DNA of 14,452 nt from Deinococcaceae bacterium (lineage in GTDB: Bacteria; Deinococcota; Deinococci; Deinococcales; Trueperaceae), in assembly GCA_040256005.1 (NCBI GenBank), contig JBDZWC010000067.1, positions 1,975-16,426 on the forward strand, given 5' to 3'. Below are positions 8,597-14,452 of this stretch, piece after piece. Numbering within the stretch: the first letter of the stretch is position 1; every line of letters begins with the position of its first letter. The notes below the pieces were generated by a model. That model searched no databases, was not told where the DNA came from, and saw only the letters and a program-made list of their open reading frames with translations. The translations under genes were made by a program, and so were the position numbers.

Positions 8597-9427
8597 GTGA
8601 CCGTGGACCGCGACGCGCTCGAGCCGCTGCCGGTCGACGTCATATCCATCCAGTCGCAGGTCGTCTACGGCTCGGTGGGCAACAGCGTGGCCGTACCCAC
8701 CATGCGGGCCCTAGGCCTCAACGTCGTGCCTGTCCCCACGGTGCTGCTCAGCAACGTCCCCCACTACGACTCGGTCCACGGCGGCCCGCTGCCTACCGAA
8801 TGGTTCGCAGGGTTCCTGGCCGACCTCGAGCGCCGGCAGGCCCTCGCCCACGTACGCGCCATCGTGCTCGGTTACCTGGGGCCGCCGGAGCAGACCATCG
8901 TGCTTGCGGAGTGGCTCGAGCGCATCCTCCACGAGCACCCCGACATCAAGCTCGTCCTCGACCCGGTCATGGGAGACCACGACGCCGGCATCTACGTCCA
9001 CCCCGAGCTTCCAGCCATGTTGCGGGACCGTTTCGTGCCCATGGCGCACGGCATGACGCCCAACGCCTTCGAACTGGAACAGATCGTCGGCCGGTCGCTC
9101 CCTACGCTGCACGATACGGTGGAGGCCGTCCGCGACCTTCTCGCCACGAACCTCGAGTGGGCGGTCGTCACCAGTGCCGCCCCCGGGGAGACCAAGCCAG
9201 GCGAGACGCGCACGGCCGTGGTGACCCGGGACGACGTGAACGTGATCGGTCATCGGCTCGTGGACTCACCGGCCAAGGGCACGGGCGACCTGTTCACGGC
9301 CGCCCTCGTCGGCGGCCTGCTGCGTGGCTACGCGCTGAAGGCTGCGGCCAAGGCGGCGGCAGAGCGCACGGTCGCTGTGCTGGAGCACAGCGCCGCCCTG
9401 GGCTGCGGCGAGCTCGTGCTGGTATGA
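8597..9427 (+). CDS. pdxK: pyridoxal/pyridoxine/pyridoxamine kinase (PdxK/PdxY family)
   Basis: ISIQSQVVYGSVGNS, PTVLLSNVPHY, GYLG, DPVMGD, TPNAFELE, VVTSA and KGTGDLF. The QSQVVYGSVGNS and PHY motifs resemble E. coli PdxK more than PdxY. Confidence 0.9.
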   Translation: MTVDRDALEPLPVDVISIQSQVVYGSVGNSVAVPTMRALGLNVVPVPTVLLSNVPHYDSVHGGPLPTEWFAGFLADLERRQALAHVRAIVLGYLGPPEQTIVLAEWLERILHEHPDIKLVLDPVMGDHDAGIYVHPELPAMLRDRFVPMAHGMTPNAFELEQIVGRSLPTLHDTVEAVRDLLATNLEWAVVTSAAPGETKPGETRTAVVTRDDVNVIGHRLVDSPAKGTGDLFTAALVGGLLRGYALKAAAKAAAERTVAVLEHSAALGCGELVLV

Positions 9428-9499
9428 CGGCCGACCCGGCCTCGTCGCTTACCAGCGCTGCGCCATGGCGTCGGCCCGCTGCGGACGGATAATGCGTCC

Positions 9500-10396
9500 A
9501 TGTTGAGGATCGGCTCGATCGTGTGGGGCGTGCGCGACGTGGCGCGCGCCGTGGAGTTCTGGACCAGCGCGCTCGACTACCGGGCCCGTGGGGGCGACGA
9601 CCCTGACTGGGTGCTCCTCAAGCCGAGGCGCGGCAGCGGCGTCCAGCTCGCGCTGCAGGAGGTGAAGGCGCCCGCCGCCGAGCGCAGACGACACCATCTG
9701 GACCTGTACGCCTACGATCAAGCCGCCGAGGTGGAGCGCTTGATCGGGTTGGGGGCCACTCGGGTGAACGAGTGGCGGTACCCGGACGGCGCGGACTACG
9801 TGGTGCTCAGCGACCCCGACGGCAACTACTTCTGTGTCATCGCCGCCGGCGAGCACGCCAAGGACCCCGCGCTGCGGCTGGCGGGCCCCCGGTTCGTGTC
9901 CGACGCCTCCGACCTGCCAGACCCCGAGGCGTACGCCTACCGCGGCGCCCGGGCCCTGGTAGCCCTCCACGAGAAGGAACTGCGGGCCTTCCTACCCGTG
10001 TGGCGGCGGTTCGACAGCGCCGGCATCCCACTTCCCGCAACGGACGACGAGAACTACCTCTCCAACGCCCACCTACTACTGCACGTGCTGAGGGCGGCCG
10101 GCCGGTACCTCACGTGGATCTGCCGCCAACTGGACCTGCCGGACCCCGGCATAGGCGACGCTCCGACCGCCGATGAGATCGTGGCCAAGGCCGAAGCGTT
10201 CCTCGAGCACGTGCTCGCTCGTTGGCGCGCGGCGTTGACGGAACTGCCGGCTGCGCGCGTCGAGGACAAGGCGTACGTCTCGAACTGGGGGGCGCCCATG
10301 ACGATCGAATCGATGCTCGAGCACGCCCTGGTGCACCCCATCAGGCACACGTTCCAGCTCGAAGAGCTCATGGCCAGGCAGGCACGAGCGGGCTGA
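9500..10396 (+). CDS. VOC domain-DinB domain fusion protein
   Basis: Residues ~1-115 are VOC (VRDVARAVEFWTSAL, HHLDL, LGAT, VVLSDPDGNYFCV). The C-terminal part is DinB-like (LLLHVLRAA.RYL.W, MLEHALVHPIRH). GATAAT lies 6 nt before the ATG. Confidence 0.8.
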   Translation: MLRIGSIVWGVRDVARAVEFWTSALDYRARGGDDPDWVLLKPRRGSGVQLALQEVKAPAAERRRHHLDLYAYDQAAEVERLIGLGATRVNEWRYPDGADYVVLSDPDGNYFCVIAAGEHAKDPALRLAGPRFVSDASDLPDPEAYAYRGARALVALHEKELRAFLPVWRRFDSAGIPLPATDDENYLSNAHLLLHVLRAAGRYLTWICRQLDLPDPGIGDAPTADEIVAKAEAFLEHVLARWRAALTELPAARVEDKAYVSNWGAPMTIESMLEHALVHPIRHTFQLEELMARQARAG

Positions 10397-10473
10397 GGCA
10401 CCCAGGGCCCGCTGCCGCTAGCGTCGCGAGGCGCACGGGCCGGTGGTGAAGGCGGGGGAGTTACGCTCTGGCG

Positions 10474-12615
10474 ATGAGCCTCCCCGATACGAAGACCGTG
10501 CCGGCTACCGTTCGGCGTCCGGTGAAGGACGTGCTGCACGGCCATGAGCTGACGGACGAATACCGCTGGCTCGAGGGTGACAACAGCGACCCGAACCGGA
10601 TGGGTCTCGTCACGCCAGAGGTCGCCGCCTGGACGGATGCCCAGAACGCCTACACGCGTGCCGTGCTAGACGGGTTGCCAGGTCGCAAGGCGCTGGAAGA
10701 TCGCATCAGGCCGCTGCTGCAGATCGGCTTCGTGTCCGAGCCGGTCCAGCGCGGTGGGCGGTACTTCTACTTCAGGAGGGACGGTGATCAGAAGCAGTCG
10801 CGCGTCTACTACCGCGATGGCCTCAGAGGCGAGGAGCGTCTGCTCATCGACCCGGAGGTGGTAGATCCGTCGGGGCTCACGACCGTCTCGTGGCTCTCGC
10901 CAAGCCCGGACGGCCGTCAGCTCGCCTTTGGCACCTACGCCGCCGGCGACGAGAACACGAAGCTGGAGCTCCTGGAGGTTGACACCGGCAGGAAGCTGCC
11001 GCTCGAGATCCACAACAAGGTGCGCCCGCCAGAGTGGCTGCCAGACGGCTCCGGCTTCGTGTACTGGCAGCTGGCCGACCCCACCGATCACTACACGGGC
11101 CGTGTCATGTACCATCCCAGGCCGGTCCAACCCGACGCGCAGGACGATGTCTCGGCCGACAAGGTCGTGTTCCGGCAGCTAACGAAGGAGGAGGACGAGA
11201 AGCTCGCCACGACCTGGGGTCCGGGCGGGCGCCTCTCGGCCGACGGTCGCTGGCTGCTGCTCCACTACTTCAACGACACGCGCTCGAACGACCTGTGGCT
11301 GGTGGACTTCGAGGCATACCGCCGCACCGGCTTCATGATGCGTACCCAGGTCAGCGCTGGCACTCCCGGCACCGCTTTCGGCTCGGTGGTGCCGGGCCTG
11401 GAGGGCGACGTCCTCGTACTGCATACGTATAAGCACGCCCCGCGTGGACGCGTGGTCGTGGCGCCGGTCTCCTGGCCCAGCGAGCTGGGCTGGCGCGATC
11501 TGGTGCCGGAGCCCGAAGACGGGAGCATCGATGCCGTGGCCATGTCGCAGGGCCATGTGATCGTCACCTACCTCGAGCGAGCCGTCAGCCGCATCGTCGT
11601 CTTCGACCTCTCGGGCAGGCGCGTGGGCGAGGTGCCGCTGCCCGCGATGGGCTCGGCCAACGTGGCCGCGAACAGGAGCTCGACGGAGGCGTTCCTGACC
11701 TTCACGAGCTACGGTCACCCCCCGGCCGTTTACCGCTTCGACGTTCGGGACCCCGAGGGCTCGTTCGAGCTGTGGGAGGGCCCGGATGCGCCCGTTGACC
11801 CTGACACGATCGAGGTCAAGCAGGTCGAGTACGCCTCCAAGGACGGCACGACCGTCTCGATGTTCATCGCTCACCGCAAGGGCCTGGAGCCTGCCGGGGA
11901 CGCGCCCACGATCCTGTTCGGGTACGGCGGCTTCGGCGTCAGCGAGCTACCGGTCTTCTCCCCCACCCTGGTTCCTTGGTTCGAGGACGGCGGCGTCTAC
12001 GCCCTACCGAACCTGCGCGGCGGCGGCGAGTACGGCGACGCTTGGCACGAGGCCGGCACCCTGGGCAAGAAGCAGGACGTGTTCGACGACTTCATCGCCG
12101 CCGCACAGTGGCTGCTCGACAACGGCTACACGAGGCGAGAGCGACTGGCCATCGCCGGCGGCTCGAACGGCGGCCTGCTCACCGGTGCCGCTCTCACGCA
12201 GAGGCCCGACCTGTTCGCGGCCGTGTTCGTCGGTGTGCCCCTCCTCGACATGCTGCGCTTCCAACACTTCCTGATGGCGCGCTACTGGGTGCCAGAGTAC
12301 GGGTCGTCCGAGGACCCCGAGCAGTTTCAGTGGCTGCGCGACTACTCCCCGTACCAGCGCGCGCAGGACGGGGTTCGTTACCCGGCAGTCCTGCTCACGG
12401 CTGGGGAGAACGACACCCGCGTGCACGCCATGCACGCGCGCAAGATGGCCGCGAGGTTGCAGGCCGCCACGGCCAGCGACCCGGCCCAGGACCCGGTCCT
12501 CCTGTGGGTGGACCGCTCGGCAGGCCACGGTCAGGGCAAGCCGCTCGACCTCAGGCTGCGAGACGCCGTGGACCAGCGGATCTTCTTCATGTGGCAGCTC
12601 GGGATACTGGATTAG
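10474..12615 (+). CDS. prolyl oligopeptidase (peptidase S9A)
   Basis: DEYRWLE, SKDGT.V, GYGGF, NLRGGGEYG..WH, and the catalytic triad Ser (GGSNGG), Asp (NDTRV) and His (AGHG). No obvious signal peptide. TACGCT lies 6 nt before the ATG. Confidence 0.95.
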   Translation: MSLPDTKTVPATVRRPVKDVLHGHELTDEYRWLEGDNSDPNRMGLVTPEVAAWTDAQNAYTRAVLDGLPGRKALEDRIRPLLQIGFVSEPVQRGGRYFYFRRDGDQKQSRVYYRDGLRGEERLLIDPEVVDPSGLTTVSWLSPSPDGRQLAFGTYAAGDENTKLELLEVDTGRKLPLEIHNKVRPPEWLPDGSGFVYWQLADPTDHYTGRVMYHPRPVQPDAQDDVSADKVVFRQLTKEEDEKLATTWGPGGRLSADGRWLLLHYFNDTRSNDLWLVDFEAYRRTGFMMRTQVSAGTPGTAFGSVVPGLEGDVLVLHTYKHAPRGRVVVAPVSWPSELGWRDLVPEPEDGSIDAVAMSQGHVIVTYLERAVSRIVVFDLSGRRVGEVPLPAMGSANVAANRSSTEAFLTFTSYGHPPAVYRFDVRDPEGSFELWEGPDAPVDPDTIEVKQVEYASKDGTTVSMFIAHRKGLEPAGDAPTILFGYGGFGVSELPVFSPTLVPWFEDGGVYALPNLRGGGEYGDAWHEAGTLGKKQDVFDDFIAAAQWLLDNGYTRRERLAIAGGSNGGLLTGAALTQRPDLFAAVFVGVPLLDMLRFQHFLMARYWVPEYGSSEDPEQFQWLRDYSPYQRAQDGVRYPAVLLTAGENDTRVHAMHARKMAARLQAATASDPAQDPVLLWVDRSAGHGQGKPLDLRLRDAVDQRIFFMWQLGILD

Positions 12616-12641
12616 GGAACCGGCTTGGGACGAACTTCCGG

Positions 12642-13010
12642 ATGACTGCCCTCAAGGGTTCGGTCCTTCTGTTCCGCTTCCTCCTGGAGCTCGCAGCCCT
12701 GGCCGCCGTCGCCTACTGGGGCTGGCATGTGAGTGACGGGCCCGTGCGCTACGTAGCCGCGATAGTCACGCCCATCGCGTTCGCGACGGCCTGGGGGTTG
12801 TTCGCATCGCCCAAGGCGACGTTCAAGCCCACTGGCCTCGGCGGCCAGCTGGCAGTCGAGGCCGTTCTCTTCGGGATCGCCGCGGCGGCACTGTTCAGGG
12901 CCGACAGGCCCGGACTCGGCTGGGCGTTCGTGGCAGCCGCGGTGGCTCATCGTGTCGCGATGTTGGTACTCGGCATGCAGCGCGGGGACCTGCCCGTGGA
13001 GACGGGGTAG
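12642..13010 (+). CDS. YrdB family (DUF2568) membrane protein, 122 aa
   Basis: FRFLLELAALAAVAYWGW...P...AWGLFASPKA...VEAVLFG with about four hydrophobic segments. Start reassigned from 11976 to ATG 12642. Confidence 0.85.
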   Translation: MTALKGSVLLFRFLLELAALAAVAYWGWHVSDGPVRYVAAIVTPIAFATAWGLFASPKATFKPTGLGGQLAVEAVLFGIAAAALFRADRPGLGWAFVAAAVAHRVAMLVLGMQRGDLPVETG

Positions 13011-13043
13011 ACGCCGTAAGGCGCCGGGGCCCTTAGCGCTCGC

Positions 13044-13088
13044 TTGACTTGACTAATAGCATTAGTTTATAAACTAAGTATGTTAGTC
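13044..13088 (+). promoter_or_regulatory. sigma70-type promoter with two palindromic operators (probable TetR sites)
   Basis: TTGACT occurs at 13044 and 13049. The -10 region reads TATAAACT (13068-13075). Palindromes are ACTAATagcATTAGT (13052-13066) and ACTAAgtatgTTAGT (13073-13087), forming an AT-rich island in a GC-rich window. Confidence 0.8.
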
Positions 13089-13949
13089 GCTCTAGCTGCC
13101 TACACGCTCGCAGCCGCCGTCCCTACGGCCGCTCCGCCCACGCGGTTCCTGGACCTGAGTGAGGGTCGCATCGCCTACGACGTCATGGGCGAAGGCCCCC
13201 TCGTCGTCATGCTGCCTGGCCTCGGCGACCTGCGGCAGGAGTACCGCTTCCTGGCCCCACTGCTCGCCGACGCCGGCTACACGGTCGTCACGGCCGACCT
13301 GCGCGGTCATGGAGAGTCGAGCGTCGGCTGGCCGCGTTACGACGCTCAGGCCGTCGGAGAGGACCTACTTGCCCTGATCGACCACCTGGGCGGACCAGCG
13401 TTCGTCGTGGGAAACTCGTTCGCCGCGGCCGCCGGGGTCTGGGCTGCGGCCGAGAGGCCCTCGGCGATCGCGGGCCTTGCCCTCCTCGGACCGTTCGTCA
13501 GAGAGCAGCAGACCGGGCTCTTCACGTCGTTGGCTCTCAAGGTCATGCTGAACGGCCCGTGGCGCGTGAGGGCCTGGGTCGCGTACCACGCCACGCTCTT
13601 CAAGGCGGGGAAGCCGGCCGATTACACGGAGTACGGAGCGGCGCTGCGCCGCAACTTGGCCGAGCCGGGTCGGTTCGAGGCGACCAAGGCGCTGGTGTTC
13701 CGTTCGGACGAGGCCGTAGAGGCTCGGCTGGCGGAGGTGTCCGTTCCGGTGGTCGTGATCATGGGCGACGCGGACCCTGACTTCTCGGAGCCCGAACGCG
13801 AAGCGCAGGAAGTCGCCGCGGCCTTGAGCGGGGAGTACGTGATGCTGCCTGGCGTGGGTCACTACCCGCAGGCCGAGGCTCCGCAGGCGACCCTCGATGC
13901 CATCCTGCCCACGCTTCGCAGCTCCTTCGTTGGGGCGCCAAAGCGATGA
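13080..13949 (+). CDS. alpha/beta fold hydrolase
   Basis: GEGPLVVMLPGLGD, DLRGHGES, nucleophile elbow VVGNSFAA, acid region MGDADPDF and catalytic His in GVGHYPQAE. Confidence 0.9.
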   Translation: MLVALAAYTLAAAVPTAAPPTRFLDLSEGRIAYDVMGEGPLVVMLPGLGDLRQEYRFLAPLLADAGYTVVTADLRGHGESSVGWPRYDAQAVGEDLLALIDHLGGPAFVVGNSFAAAAGVWAAAERPSAIAGLALLGPFVREQQTGLFTSLALKVMLNGPWRVRAWVAYHATLFKAGKPADYTEYGAALRRNLAEPGRFEATKALVFRSDEAVEARLAEVSVPVVVIMGDADPDFSEPEREAQEVAAALSGEYVMLPGVGHYPQAEAPQATLDAILPTLRSSFVGAPKR

Positions 13950-14452
13950 CCAGGCCGCCGCGAGCGCGCGCCCTCTCACCGGAGGCCGTCATCGAAGCGG
14001 CCGCCTCCCTCGTCGACGAACGCGGCCAGGAGGGCCTCACGCTGGCCGAGCTCGCGAAGCGCCTCGGGGTGAGATCGCCATCGCTCTACAACCACGTCGA
14101 CGGGCTCGAGGGGCTGCTGCGCGAGCTCAGGCTCAGGGCCCTGACCGATCTGGGGCGCGCGCTCGAGCGGGCCACGGTCGGCCGTTCGAGCAGGGACGCC
14201 CTGGCCGCGCTGTCCCATGCCTACCGGGGGTACGTACGCGAGCATCCCGGCCTATACGGCCTCACCGTGCGCTCCACCGAGGTGCAGGGCGCGCGGGAGC
14301 GAGAGGCGGGAGAAGCCGTCGTGGAGGTGGTCTTCGCGGTGCTGCGCGGCTTCGGGTTGGAAGGCGAGGACGCGGTACACGCGACTCGTTACCTGCGTTC
14401 CACGCTTCACGGCTTCGCGGTCCTCGAACTCGCAGGTGGGTTCGGGCTCGAG
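13946..14452 (+). CDS. TetR/AcrR family regulator with WHG-type C-terminal domain (partial, runs off the window end)
   Basis: Absent from the ORF track and translated by hand: MTRPPRARALSPEAVIEAAASLVDERGQEGLTLAELAKRLGVRSPSLYNHVDG...AYRGYVREHPGLY...RSTLHGF. It overlaps the hydrolase stop (ATGA). Confidence 0.92.
   Translation, partial: MTRPPRARALSPEAVIEAAASLVDERGQEGLTLAELAKRLGVRSPSLYNHVDGLEGLLRELRLRALTDLGRALERATVGRSSRDALAALSHAYRGYVREHPGLYGLTVRSTEVQGAREREAGEAVVEVVFAVLRGFGLEGEDAVHATRYLRSTLHGFAVLELAGGFGLE

Noticed and set aside
11976..12641. N-terminal part of the 344-aa ORF
   Set aside because: It is an off-frame overlap with the prolyl oligopeptidase. Only 12642-13010 resembles a real (YrdB-like) protein.
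10397..12641. Prolyl oligopeptidase as a RiPP macrocyclase or leader peptidase
   Set aside because: No precursor peptide or modifying enzymes are adjacent. An ordinary S9A peptidase is the simpler reading.
13012..13023. CGCC-GTAA-GGCG GNRA mini-hairpin after the yrdB-like gene as a terminator
   Set aside because: It has only 4 bp and no U-tract, which is too little to call.

Overview
GC-rich bacterial window with no mobile element, tRNA, rRNA or CRISPR array that I can support. The left half (28-6283, minus strand) is a co-oriented stress or drug-tolerance cluster. In transcription order it runs: DUF4180, a stand-alone AraC-type HTH regulator, DUF1801, VOC, DUF1801, VOC, a small beta-rich hypothetical protein, a short class II UvrA (DrrC/Ecm16-like) and a DinB-family protein. 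The right half (6539-end, plus strand) starts with a BtrH_N/DUF4872-like protein. It has a basic N-terminal helix and sits behind an unexplained ~180-nt structured leader. Next come yggS-pdxK (vitamin B6 salvage/homeostasis), a VOC-DinB fusion, a prolyl oligopeptidase, a YrdB-like membrane protein, and an alpha/beta hydrolase plus TetR pair behind a clear tandem palindromic operator. Several genes look leaderless (-10 box 6-8 nt before the start codon), as is common in Deinococcota and Actinomycetota; the taxonomy is inference only. The best leads are three. (1) The 6357-6538 leader together with the basic N-terminal module and apparently catalytically dead BtrH-like domain behind it. (2) A non-coding copy of the AraC 3' tail sequence sitting on the -35 of the VOC promoter, a candidate operator. 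(3) The AraC/VOC/DUF1801/UvrA2/DinB cassette itself. All family calls come from motif recognition by eye, not from database searches.
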